A DNA stretch of 64,000 bases from an uncultured Chloroflexia bacterium (GCA_963752475.1 CAVVYR010000006.1:160001-224000); one strand, 5' to 3'. Positions 51,201-60,359 are shown, counted from the stretch's first letter. Notes: generated from the letters alone by a model not told the origin. Program-made: numbers and translations.

Positions 51201-51220
51201 TGACGATCTTCATAGAGACT

Positions 51221-51288
51221 ACGAGCCCGACTACGGTCGGCTCCAGCGACAGGCGACTACGAGCCTGACTACGGTCGGCTCCAGCGAC
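51221..51288 (+). repeat. 38-bp hairpin-containing unit, 1.8 copies
   Basis: ACGAGCCYGACTACGGTCGGCTCCAGCGACAGGCGACT; stem GAGCC(y)GAC / GTCGGCTC. Confidence 0.88.
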
Positions 51289-51531
51289 CGCTCTCGCTGC
51301 TGCCGCCGTGTCGCCTCCATCGACACCGCACGCAGCTTGTGGTCAGGCGTCGCCAGGGCCGACCCTACCGGCCGATCCGGTGGATCCAGATGGACATATG
51401 TCGGCGAGGTCGACGGTAGTCCGACGGGCTGGTGGTCCTGGTGGTCGGATCGACGTAGACGTGGCGCTGGCGATGCCCAGCCACGCTCGGTGCAGGCCAT
51501 CGATCGCCTCGATCGGCCGGATCTCGTGACT
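51285..51531 (+). repeat. 247-bp direct repeat copy 2 with intact IS target
   Basis: Near-identical to 49737-49983. Confidence 0.93.
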
Positions 51532-51651
51532 ACGAGCCTGACTACGGTCGGCTCCAGCGACAGGCGACCACGAGCCCGACGACGGTCGGCTCCAGCGACA
51601 GGCGACCACGAGCCCGACGACGGTCGGCTCCAGCGACAGGCGACCACGAGC
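51532..51651 (+). repeat. Three tandem 38-bp hairpin units
   Basis: Units at 51532, 51570, 51608; no variable spacers. Confidence 0.9.
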
Positions 51652-51677
51652 GAGCGGATCCAGAGTCCATCGGCGGG

Positions 51678-52589
51678 TCAGGACGATGGCGGCGTGTTCG
51701 ATGCGGGCTTCGGCTCGCGGCTGGCCCAGAGCACGGCCACGATACCGGCGGTGGTGACGGCGATGCCGGCGATGTCGATGGGCGAGATGACCTCGCCGAG
51801 CACGATGATGCCGGCGATCACGCCCACCGCCGGCGCGCCCAGGTAGCCGATGCCGGCGGTCAGAGGCCCGAGTGCCCTGACGATCATCTGCGAGGCCCAG
51901 AAGGCGAAGGCCGTCGCGAGCGGGCCCGAGTAGAGCACCGCCAGCAGCGCTGCCAGGTCCCAGCTGATGGCCCCCAGCCGATCGCCCTCGAGCAAGAGCA
52001 TCAGCAGCGTCATCGGTACCAGCGCCACCAACAGCTGCCAGATCTGCGCATCGAAGGGCGTACCTACCCAGGTGTGCATCCGCACGTGCACCATGGCCAG
52101 CGCGCCGGAGCCGGCACCAAGCACCAGCAACAGCGACGCCAGGAGCGCGCCGTCGGCATCCCAGTCGATCGCGGCCGGGTTCAGCAGCAGCACCAACCCG
52201 GCCATGCCCAGCACCAGGCCGACGATCTCCGCGCGCTTGGGCAGCACCCGCGCGACCACGGCCATGATGGGCACGATCCAGAGCGGTGTGGTGTAGGCCA
52301 GGATCGACGAGCGCCCGGCCGGGATGTGCGGCAGCGCCAGGTTCATGGTGATGATCATCAGCGCGACCGCGAGGATGCCGTAGCTCAGGATGATGGGGTA
52401 GTCGCCGCGGATCGGCCGCTTCAGTCGTCCGGTCGCGGCCATGAGTACAGCCAGCGTGGCGATACCGCTCGCGAGCCTGAGCACACCGTAGGTGAAGGCG
52501 GGGATCGTCTCCAGCCCGACCTTGACCACGACCCAGTGGCTGCCCCACACGACCACCAGGGTGACGAGCAGCAGCCAGGCGCGGGTCAC
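51678..52589 (-). CDS. DMT/EamA family transporter
   Basis: VWGSHW, ten TM helices, VLGEVIS. Confidence 0.85.
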   Translation of the reverse strand: MTRAWLLLVTLVVVWGSHWVVVKVGLETIPAFTYGVLRLASGIATLAVLMAATGRLKRPIRGDYPIILSYGILAVALMIITMNLALPHIPAGRSSILAYTTPLWIVPIMAVVARVLPKRAEIVGLVLGMAGLVLLLNPAAIDWDADGALLASLLLVLGAGSGALAMVHVRMHTWVGTPFDAQIWQLLVALVPMTLLMLLLEGDRLGAISWDLAALLAVLYSGPLATAFAFWASQMIVRALGPLTAGIGYLGAPAVGVIAGIIVLGEVISPIDIAGIAVTTAGIVAVLWASREPKPASNTPPSS

Positions 52590-52634
52590 GGACGACGGTC
52601 GATGGGGGTCACTCGGCGAGGGTAGCCGCGCAGC

Positions 52635-53819
52635 CTAGTACCACGCACCCTCCAGGGCCGTCTCGACGAAGGCCTCGACGTTCGCCATCGGCGTGCCGTA
52701 CTCGAGGAAGTCGGCATTCTGGAGGATGAACCGCCCGCCGGGTTTGCCGGCTGCCATGGCCGCGGCGGTCGCCCGACGCACGTCGTCGACGGTGCCCTTC
52801 CCGATGACGTCGACCTGATCGACGCCGCCGATGATGACGTAGTCGTCGCCGACGAGGCGCACCGCCTCCGCCAGGTCGGCGTCGCCCAGCTTGGGTGGTG
52901 GCGAGAACGGCTCGACGGCTGCCACGCCGAGGCCCTTGTAGGCCTCTACGAGGTCCTGGATCTGACCGCAGTTGTGATAGGCCGCCGGGGTGCCGCCCTG
53001 CTGCGCGACCTCGATCTGCTGACGCTCCCAGCCGAGGACGTGCTGCTCGTAGTTCGGACGGCCGATGAAGCCGCCGGGCACGTTGCCACCGACGAAGAGG
53101 ATGTCCACGCCGGGCGCATCGCAGGCGCGCGTGTACTCCCGGACGCGATCGAGCGAGACCTCCATCAGGCGTCGGTAGTACTCGGGGTCCTCGTAGAAGA
53201 GCGAGTAGAGGACGTCTTCGGTGGTCAGCAGCGAGGCCATGTTGAAGGGCCCGTGCGGGGCCCAGACCCCGACCCAGCCGTCGTCCCCCACGGCCTCGCG
53301 TACGGGCGCCACGGCCCGGGCCAGCCGCTCGGGATAGTCGGGCAGCATCCGCGGTTCGTAGGCGGCCACGAGCTCGAGGTCCGCACGCGAGTGCACCGGC
53401 TTCCGCGTGCACGCGTACATCAGCGTGCCCGGGCGGATCTCGTCGATCGAGTACTCCTGTCGCAGATCGCCTTGGGGCGTGTGGATGAGCGACGAACGGA
53501 CCGTCGTGCGGCCGTCGCGGCGCTCGGTCGTCTCCACCTGCCAGTCGTCGGTCGAGCGGCTGACGTCGAGCCCGCCCAGCAGCATCCACTGGAACTCGCC
53601 CAGGGTGCCGAAGAGGAGGCGCGCCATGATGTCGACCCCGAGCTCGCGCTGCACTTCGACGGTCTTGAGCTGGATCTCGAGCGAGTCCCACGGGTCGATG
53701 TCGGGATAGAGCTGGTTGATGAAGTGGCCCTGGTCCTGGATGAACAGCGTCACCGGGACGCGGTCAGGCAGCTCGCCCCGGAAGACGGCCTCGAAGCGTT
53801 GGCGCCCGGTCATCGTCAT
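52635..53819 (-). CDS. URO-D/MtaA-like family protein
   Basis: PDRVPV, HTPQGDL, YHNCG, GGVDQ, GTPMANV. Confidence 0.85.
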   Translation of the reverse strand: MTMTGRQRFEAVFRGELPDRVPVTLFIQDQGHFINQLYPDIDPWDSLEIQLKTVEVQRELGVDIMARLLFGTLGEFQWMLLGGLDVSRSTDDWQVETTERRDGRTTVRSSLIHTPQGDLRQEYSIDEIRPGTLMYACTRKPVHSRADLELVAAYEPRMLPDYPERLARAVAPVREAVGDDGWVGVWAPHGPFNMASLLTTEDVLYSLFYEDPEYYRRLMEVSLDRVREYTRACDAPGVDILFVGGNVPGGFIGRPNYEQHVLGWERQQIEVAQQGGTPAAYHNCGQIQDLVEAYKGLGVAAVEPFSPPPKLGDADLAEAVRLVGDDYVIIGGVDQVDVIGKGTVDDVRRATAAAMAAGKPGGRFILQNADFLEYGTPMANVEAFVETALEGAWY

Positions 53820-54979
53820 CGGTCGAGCCCTCTGTTGTGACGCGAGATGACCTCCCAGGCCTCGAGCCCGGTTCGATGCGAGTCTCGTCGCACCGGCGTC
53901 ACCTGGGCCGTGCCGTAGTGGAGTGCGGTCGCGGCCGCCGGATACGTGGCCACGATGGCGCCCCGTGGCTCGAGTCCCGCGAAGAGGTCAGTGAAGTAGG
54001 CCTCCGGGTCGGTGGGCGTGTAATCGCAGACCATGATGGCGGCACGCTCGCCGATGACGCGCTGGGCCTCGAAGATCTGCTCGAACTCGCCCATGCACCA
54101 GGCGTTCAGGCCCACCAGCCCGGGCGTCGAGAGGTAGTTCTCCAGCTGGTGGTAGGCGTTGCCGCAGTAGTGCAGGGTCCCGCCGCCGAAGGCTTCGAAG
54201 ACGCGCCCGTTGTAGGGCACCACGAACTCACGGTAGAGGTCCGGCGAGAGCACGGTGCTGTCGTCGTCACTGAGCCAGACGCCACCGAAGCCCGGCGGGA
54301 TGGCGATCAGGTGCGGAAAGGCCCCGCCCTCGAGCGGTGCGCCGGCGCGCTCCTTCTGCAGCCGGACCCAGTCGATGAGCACGGTCGTGCAGAAGTCCAT
54401 CAGCTCGTGCACAGCGGTCGGGTGCTCGAACATCCAGATGCAGAGCCGCTCGAGCCCGACGAGGTTGAGCGCGATGTTCAGCGGACCCTGGTTGTCGGTG
54501 AAGCTGATGGGCAGCTCCGATCCGGCGCGGAAGTGATCGATGCAGGCGAGCACCCGGGGCATGAGGCCGTCACGCTCGGGGTCGGGCGGCACGAGCCGGG
54601 CCACGGACGCGGGGTCATCGAGGACGGTCCCTGCTACCGCCGGCTCCTCGCCCGCCTGCAGCAGCACCTCGCAGCCGATGGCCGAGGGCACCACGCCGGT
54701 GCCGTACCAGGGGAAGAGGTAGGGCAGGTAGGCGTCGTCAGCGAGGCCCTCGAGGTGGGTCGTCATCTTCGCGGACTGGAACTCGAGCTGAGTGCCATAG
54801 GCGCCCTCGTCGAAGTAGTGCGGCGGGATCAGCGCCGGGTCTTCCCCGGTGATCCAGTAGTTGACGTCGCCCACCAGCACCGGCACGCGCTCGACCGGCT
54901 CGTGCCGGTAGGCGGCTCCGATGCGCTCGTGGACTGCCCGTGTCCGCGCTGGATCCGGCGTGATCGATGTACTCGGCAC
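53816..54979 (-). CDS. URO-D/MtaA-like family protein
   Basis: ERVPV, DNQGPLNIA, SDDD..LSPDLYREF, LHYCG; GGAGG RBS before GTG 54979. Confidence 0.78.
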   Translation of the reverse strand: MPSTSITPDPARTRAVHERIGAAYRHEPVERVPVLVGDVNYWITGEDPALIPPHYFDEGAYGTQLEFQSAKMTTHLEGLADDAYLPYLFPWYGTGVVPSAIGCEVLLQAGEEPAVAGTVLDDPASVARLVPPDPERDGLMPRVLACIDHFRAGSELPISFTDNQGPLNIALNLVGLERLCIWMFEHPTAVHELMDFCTTVLIDWVRLQKERAGAPLEGGAFPHLIAIPPGFGGVWLSDDDSTVLSPDLYREFVVPYNGRVFEAFGGGTLHYCGNAYHQLENYLSTPGLVGLNAWCMGEFEQIFEAQRVIGERAAIMVCDYTPTDPEAYFTDLFAGLEPRGAIVATYPAAATALHYGTAQVTPVRRDSHRTGLEAWEVISRHNRGLDR

Positions 54980-55111
54980 TGGCTCCCTCCCGCACTGACT
55001 GTCGGCTGAGCCTCTGGCTCCGAGACAGTGCCGAATGGGGCCCCGAAGCGGGCCGGTGGGTCCGCTGCCTTCGCTATCATCAAATGACGAAGGGGGGCAT
55101 TCCGACTCACG

Positions 55112-55810
55112 ATGGGCCTGATCGGGCGTCCGCTGAGCACACGCCGGGCCTACTTGCCCTGGGTAGCCGCAGCCGCGGCCGCCAGCGTAGGCGCAGGCCT
55201 GCTGCAGCTGGCCGGCTCGACGTCCGACCTGGCCCGCTACCTGGGGCCGCTGCCGCCGGCCGCGACGGTGGCTGCCCTGGGCGCTGCCGGGCTTGGCGCG
55301 CTCGCCCTCCTCGAGCGGCGCGGCTACTGGCGCCGGGCCTGCGACTCGCGCACGGTCAGGGGTCTGGCCCTGGCTACGGTGGCGACGCTGCCCTTCGTGG
55401 CCATCGCCGTCACCGTGGACCTGGCTATCGGCTTCCCCGAAGACACCAACATCACCTGGCCGGCCGCCTGGCTCTTCTACCCAGCCATCGCGGTGGCCGC
55501 GGAGACGGTCTTCCACCTGCTTCCATTGGCCGGGCTGACGTGGCTCTCTGGCATCCGCCTCCAAGGGCGTGGCCTCAGCCGTCGGACCGCAGCGCTGATG
55601 GTGCCCACGGCAGCGGTCGAACCGGCCGCACAGGTGCTGCTGGGCTCGGCCCTACCCGCGTTCGTGATGCCGCACGTCTTCGTCTTCGGGCTGGTCCAAC
55701 TGGTCCTGTTGCGCCGCTACGGGTACGTGCCCATGCTCTGGTTTCGCGTCTGCTACTACCTGCTCTGGCACGTCCTCTGGGGTGCCGCTCGACTGCGACT
55801 GTCGTGCTAG
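55112..55810 (+). CDS. Polytopic membrane protein (CPBP/Abi-like)
   Basis: Multiple TM helices, AETVFH, YYLLWHVLWG. Confidence 0.6.
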   Translation: MGLIGRPLSTRRAYLPWVAAAAAASVGAGLLQLAGSTSDLARYLGPLPPAATVAALGAAGLGALALLERRGYWRRACDSRTVRGLALATVATLPFVAIAVTVDLAIGFPEDTNITWPAAWLFYPAIAVAAETVFHLLPLAGLTWLSGIRLQGRGLSRRTAALMVPTAAVEPAAQVLLGSALPAFVMPHVFVFGLVQLVLLRRYGYVPMLWFRVCYYLLWHVLWGAARLRLSC

Positions 55811-55835
55811 TCCATCGCTCGCCCAGGGCCGGGCA

Positions 55836-56984
55836 TCAGCCGGCGCCGTAGTTGATGGCGGTGTCGTAGGCCGCTTCGATGTTCTCCGGGGGCACGAAGG
55901 CCTGGATGTTATGGACCGTGGCGAAGACGAAGCCGCCACCGGGTGCGAAGTCGTCGATGCGCCGCTTGACCTCATCTCGGACCTCGTCGGGCGTACCGAA
56001 GGGCAGCACCTTCTGGGTGTCGACGCCACCGCCCCAGAAGACGATGTCGTTTCCGTAGGCCGCCTTGAGCCGCGCGGAGTCCATGCCCTCGGCATTGACC
56101 TGCACCGGGTTGACGATGTCCACGCCGATCTCGATGAGATGGGGGATGAGCTCGTAGACCGCGCCGCAGCCGTGGTAGAAGAGCTTGGCGTCGGTGCGGG
56201 ACTTGATGGCCTCGAAGAGGCGCTTCTGGCGCGGCTTGATGACATCCACGTAGGAGTCGGGGTTGATCATCCAGCCCTGCTGCGTGGCCACGTCGTCCCA
56301 GAAGGTGAAGACGTCGATGAGTCCACCGACCTCGGCCAGGTAGCGGTCGACCGCCTCGATATAGATGTCGGTGATGCCGTCGGCCAGCTTGTTGGCGAAC
56401 TCGGGCGCCATCAGCAGCGACATCATGAACGGCTCCATACCCATCACGCGGCACGATTGCTCGAAGATGCCGCCGCCGATGACGCCGGAACCGACGAGTG
56501 CGAAGTCGGTCGTCGCCCGCAGTTGCTCGGCGCGCTCGCGCAGCCCGGCGATGAGCTCGGGCGGATCGGGCTCGGGCCAATCGTATGACTCGAGGCTGGA
56601 CAGCTCCATGTCCTTGATGGGGAAGTCCACCCAGTCGTAGTAGAGGGGCTTCTCCTTGGGCATGCGCATCTTGGCGCCCCAGCGATCCCACATCGCGAGG
56701 TAGTCGCCCTCATCGACGATCTCGACGCCCTTCACGTGCGTCGGGGGCAGCTGCACCATGCGCGTATCGACGCGGAACCGCTCCAACACGTCCTCGCCGA
56801 TGTAGGGCAACTGCTGGACCTCGTCGTAGACCACGATCTCCTCGTCGGGCAGACCCAGATGCTCGCGCAGCGGCTCGTACGCCGCTCTCGTGCAGGAGGT
56901 CACGATCGACGATCCGAGATCGATGGGGACGCGGTCCGGCTCCTGGTGGTTCAGGGCGGCCAGGATGCGCTCGCGTGGTGTCAT
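55836..56984 (-). CDS. URO-D/MtaA-like family protein
   Basis: EPDRVPIDLG, DDVATQ, YHGCG, NPVQ, FWGGGVDTQ, VHNIQ..VPPENI. Confidence 0.88.
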   Translation of the reverse strand: MTPRERILAALNHQEPDRVPIDLGSSIVTSCTRAAYEPLREHLGLPDEEIVVYDEVQQLPYIGEDVLERFRVDTRMVQLPPTHVKGVEIVDEGDYLAMWDRWGAKMRMPKEKPLYYDWVDFPIKDMELSSLESYDWPEPDPPELIAGLRERAEQLRATTDFALVGSGVIGGGIFEQSCRVMGMEPFMMSLLMAPEFANKLADGITDIYIEAVDRYLAEVGGLIDVFTFWDDVATQQGWMINPDSYVDVIKPRQKRLFEAIKSRTDAKLFYHGCGAVYELIPHLIEIGVDIVNPVQVNAEGMDSARLKAAYGNDIVFWGGGVDTQKVLPFGTPDEVRDEVKRRIDDFAPGGGFVFATVHNIQAFVPPENIEAAYDTAINYGAG

Positions 56985-57047
56985 GGAGTTTCCCCTCCGG
57001 GTGTCGTGGCTTCGTTGGTTGGGGTCGTCGTTCGCGGTCGTCTCATC

Positions 57048-58355
57048 TCACATGCCGAAGACCGACCGGGCCAGGTCGGTCCAGGTCCGCAGCCGGGAGC
57101 GGTCGCCGCCGACGTCGTAGACGTCGCGGAAGAGCAGCTCCACGTTGCAGTCGCCCCGCAGCGCCGCGTCGTACGTGCGTCGCAGGTCGGCCTTAGCCTT
57201 GTCCCAGTGAGGCTCGGCGCCGCTGATCGGCACCGGGTCGGGCTTGCGGCTGAAGACGTAGCGGTCGCCCAGCAGTTCCGCGGTGCGGTCGAAGTCGGCC
57301 CACGGCGTGACCGAGACCGAGCGCAGGTTGGGCATGGCCTCGATGATCAGCTCGAGCCGATCGGTCTGGGGCTCGCAGCAGCCGTAGTAGACCAGCCCGA
57401 AGCGGTCGGTCACACGCTTGATGTAGGGCAGCACGAACTCGCTGAACATGGCTGGACTGATGGGCGTCGATTCCTGTGACTCGGCCCAGCACCAGAGGTC
57501 GCTCAGCTTGCCAGGGGCCTGCTCGGTGGAGGGCAGGTCTGAGCAGTAGCCATAGGCCCGCGGCCCCGCGAGCATGTTGTCGGTGTTGGGCACGATGAGG
57601 CCCTGCTCCTCGAGGTAGCCGAACTGGCGCTCGCGGTCCGCGACCATGTACTCCATCAGCTGGTGGATGGTCTCGGGCAATTCGTAGACCCACCTCAGCA
57701 GGCCGTCGTTGCCGATGAAGCGGTAGATCTGCCAGGTCAGGCCGATGAAGTAGTTGCCGGCCCATGACTCAGCGCCCTCGTCGGTCATGAAGTGGTCGTA
57801 GTTCCCGACCACCACCGGCAGGATGTCGCCGAAGGTGTCCTCCAGCAGCTGCAGCTTCGCTTGCGTGCCCTCGCGGTCGAGGCTGAACTGCCGTGGCCGG
57901 AGCGATGCCACATCGGCAGGCGTCTTGATGGGGAAGTTGAAGGTGTAGCCGATGGACGAGCCGTCGGCCGCGGTCGGGCCGGGGATCTGGACCACGTCGA
58001 CGCCCCAGCCGGTGTCCTCGATGTCCCAGCCCAGTCGGAAGTAGGGCTCGAAGACGATGTCGTCACCGACCTCATCGAAGTGGTGGATGTGCTCGAGCAT
58101 CGTGGCCTCGACCGCCCGCAGCACCGGGTGGCTGCACTCGATCTCGTCCGCGCGCACGTACTGGTCGACGGTGCCGACCTCGAAGAGCACCATCGGCCGC
58201 TCCGGTCGCAGGTCGTGGAGGGCGGTCCAGGCGCGCTTGCGCTCGGCCATCGCGGGCAGGGCCGCGATCTCCGCCCAGCGGGAGGCGAGGGCTCGGACGC
58301 GCTCCCGCTCGGTAGCGCTCACGGCGCCGCTTGCCGTGCTGCCATCGGCGTTCAC
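57048..58355 (-). CDS. Divergent URO-D-like family protein
   Basis: ERPMV, ESQE..ISPAMFSEF, YYGCCEP, SVTPW, SRKP. Confidence 0.72.
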   Translation of the reverse strand: MNADGSTASGAVSATERERVRALASRWAEIAALPAMAERKRAWTALHDLRPERPMVLFEVGTVDQYVRADEIECSHPVLRAVEATMLEHIHHFDEVGDDIVFEPYFRLGWDIEDTGWGVDVVQIPGPTAADGSSIGYTFNFPIKTPADVASLRPRQFSLDREGTQAKLQLLEDTFGDILPVVVGNYDHFMTDEGAESWAGNYFIGLTWQIYRFIGNDGLLRWVYELPETIHQLMEYMVADRERQFGYLEEQGLIVPNTDNMLAGPRAYGYCSDLPSTEQAPGKLSDLWCWAESQESTPISPAMFSEFVLPYIKRVTDRFGLVYYGCCEPQTDRLELIIEAMPNLRSVSVTPWADFDRTAELLGDRYVFSRKPDPVPISGAEPHWDKAKADLRRTYDAALRGDCNVELLFRDVYDVGGDRSRLRTWTDLARSVFGM

Positions 58356-59320
58356 GTGCCTGGCTCCCCGAAGGTGTAGGCGGCACCGGGGGTCTTGACG
58401 AAGAGCGTATCGATCTCGGCATCGCCGAAACCGATCTCCGCGCGCATGCGGTCGCTCCACTCGCCCAGCAGGTAGGCCCAGCCGGGCCAGCCGCCGTACT
58501 GCTTCCAATACTTCTGGCGAGCGGCGTCGAGCCCGATGGTGATGTGGTCGAGCAGGCCGTCCTCGGCGGCCCAGGCCAGCAGCTGCAGCGTGCCGTTGGG
58601 CTGGCCCTCCTTGGCCCGCATGTGCTGGTCGTACTCGACGCGTGCGCCGGTGGCGGCGATGTCGCGCATGTAGCCGCGGTCGACGATCTTGTCGGTGTGG
58701 CTGAGCACGATATGTGCGGGGTCGGCGCCGTGCTTCACGAGGAACTCGACCTGCTCGAGCGCGCCGGTGCCGTGCTCGCAGTGGGTCAGGATGGGGCAGC
58801 CGGTGCGGTGCTGGGCCTGGCCCGCGGCCGCGAACACGACCTCGTCGCGCGGGGTCAGCCCGCCGTCGGACCCGGCGATCTTCATGACCCCGGCCTTGTG
58901 TGGCGTCCGCTTGACGATCGGGCCGTTGTAGTCCAGCTCGTCGATGCCTTCTTCGATGTCAGCCACGAAGAGGTCCGCGATCTCGTCGGCGGACAGGCGT
59001 ACCGACCAGTGGCGGTCGTGGTAATAGCGCTCGTGGTGCAGCCCGGATGGAGCGATGACGTTGACGCCGCTGGCCTTGGCGATGTCGGCGAGCATGATCA
59101 CGTCCCGGCCCGCGTCGCAGGGCATGGCGTCGACGACCGTGCGCAGGCCCAGCGCCTGTGCCGGGGCCAGCTCGGCCACGGTCTTGTCGACGTCCGCGAG
59201 GTCGAAGTCCGGCTGGTACTCGATGGGCCGGCCCCCGTGGATGACGAGATGCTCGTGGGCGTAGACGATGCCCATCTCCCCGGTGGGGATGTCGCCAAGG
59301 ACGGTGCGGGCGAAAGACAT
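58352..59320 (-). CDS. Phosphotriesterase-family amidohydrolase/lactonase
   Basis: RTVLG, HEHL, DAMP..GRD, THCEHG, LSHTD. Confidence 0.87.
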   Translation of the reverse strand: MSFARTVLGDIPTGEMGIVYAHEHLVIHGGRPIEYQPDFDLADVDKTVAELAPAQALGLRTVVDAMPCDAGRDVIMLADIAKASGVNVIAPSGLHHERYYHDRHWSVRLSADEIADLFVADIEEGIDELDYNGPIVKRTPHKAGVMKIAGSDGGLTPRDEVVFAAAGQAQHRTGCPILTHCEHGTGALEQVEFLVKHGADPAHIVLSHTDKIVDRGYMRDIAATGARVEYDQHMRAKEGQPNGTLQLLAWAAEDGLLDHITIGLDAARQKYWKQYGGWPGWAYLLGEWSDRMRAEIGFGDAEIDTLFVKTPGAAYTFGEPGT

Positions 59321-59342
59321 GGGGCCTCCTATCGGGCTGGGG

Positions 59343-60359
59343 TCAGGGCGACGCGGAGCCCGATGCGGGGGCAGCATCGGCGACGGTCTGCATGACGCGG
59401 GCGACGGCGCCGAGGACGCCGGCATGGTCGGAGCGTTCGGCGCGCCGGATGGGGATGATGCGCTCCTTGGGATAGCGGAAGGCGTAGCGGTCGACGTAGG
59501 CCTGGACCTGTGGCAGGAAGTGATCGGCCTGGGCCATGGGGCCGCCGGAGAGGACGACGACCTCGGGATCGTAGGCATGGATCGCGGTGACGATCGTCGC
59601 ACCGAGGTCGCGGCAGAAGTGCTGCATGATCTCGCGGGCCACGCGGTCGCCGGCATCGACCCCTTCGATAAGGGTCCGGAAGGTGATGGCGCCGGGATCT
59701 TGCTGGTAGGCCTCGGTGATGGTGGAGGGCACCTTGCGCGTGACGTAGTCGCGCATGCGGGCCACGACGGCGTTGGCCGAGACCAGCGTCTCCGCGCAGC
59801 CGACGTTGCCGCAGAGGCAGGTCCGTCCGCCGATGGCGATCGTCGCGTGCCCGAAGGAGACGCCGCCCGCGAGGTTCTTGGTGGCCAGCGGCCGACCGCC
59901 GATGATGGCGCCAGCGCCGATGCCGGTGCCGATGGTCAGGCCGACCGCGTCCTCGTGGCCTCGTGCCGCGCCGAAGCGCCACTCCGCGAGGATGGCCGCG
60001 GCCCCATCGTTGACGCAGCGGGCGGGAACGCCGAAGCGCGTTTCGAGTCGCTCGCGGATGGGGAAGTCCTCGATGCCGGGGACCTTGCCGGGCAGGTTGC
60101 GCACCCCGAAGCCAGGCTCCACGAGGCCGGGGGCGGCGACGCCGATGCCGCGCAGCCCATCCTGACCGCGTCGCTCGACGGCCTCGTCGGCGTACGCCAG
60201 GATCTGCCTCCAGACGGCCTCGAAGGGCTGGTGATCGACCTCCACCACGCGAGCGTCGAGGACCTCGCCGTCATCGCTGACGACGCCGACCTTCGTGCGC
60301 GTCCCTCCGACGTCGTAGCCCAGCCACCAACCGATGGTTTCCGTCGTGTGCAGCTCCAT
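59343..60359 (-). CDS. ROK family sugar kinase
   Basis: DVGGT, NDG..AE, IGTGIG, CLCGNVGCAE. Confidence 0.9.
   Translation of the reverse strand: MELHTTETIGWWLGYDVGGTRTKVGVVSDDGEVLDARVVEVDHQPFEAVWRQILAYADEAVERRGQDGLRGIGVAAPGLVEPGFGVRNLPGKVPGIEDFPIRERLETRFGVPARCVNDGAAAILAEWRFGAARGHEDAVGLTIGTGIGAGAIIGGRPLATKNLAGGVSFGHATIAIGGRTCLCGNVGCAETLVSANAVVARMRDYVTRKVPSTITEAYQQDPGAITFRTLIEGVDAGDRVAREIMQHFCRDLGATIVTAIHAYDPEVVVLSGGPMAQADHFLPQVQAYVDRYAFRYPKERIIPIRRAERSDHAGVLGAVARVMQTVADAAPASGSASP

Larger units (their letters stand above)
49984..51220 (+). mobile_element. IS110-superfamily insertion sequence, IS1111-like (1237 bp)
   Basis: Empty site CTCGTGACT|ACGAGCC visible at 51523-51538; junctions share core GACT; sub-terminal IRs CTATGAAG (49985-49992) and CTTCATAG (51208-51215); longer non-coding end lies 3' of the transposase. 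Confidence 0.88.

Noticed and set aside
49737-51531. 247-bp target-site duplication or composite transposon ends
   Set aside because: IS110 elements do not make long TSDs; the second copy is 64 bp from the IS end and holds an intact target, so it is an independent tandem duplication.
51221-51651. CRISPR array from the 38-bp palindromic repeats
   Set aside because: Units are head-to-tail with no unique spacers, and there are no cas genes.
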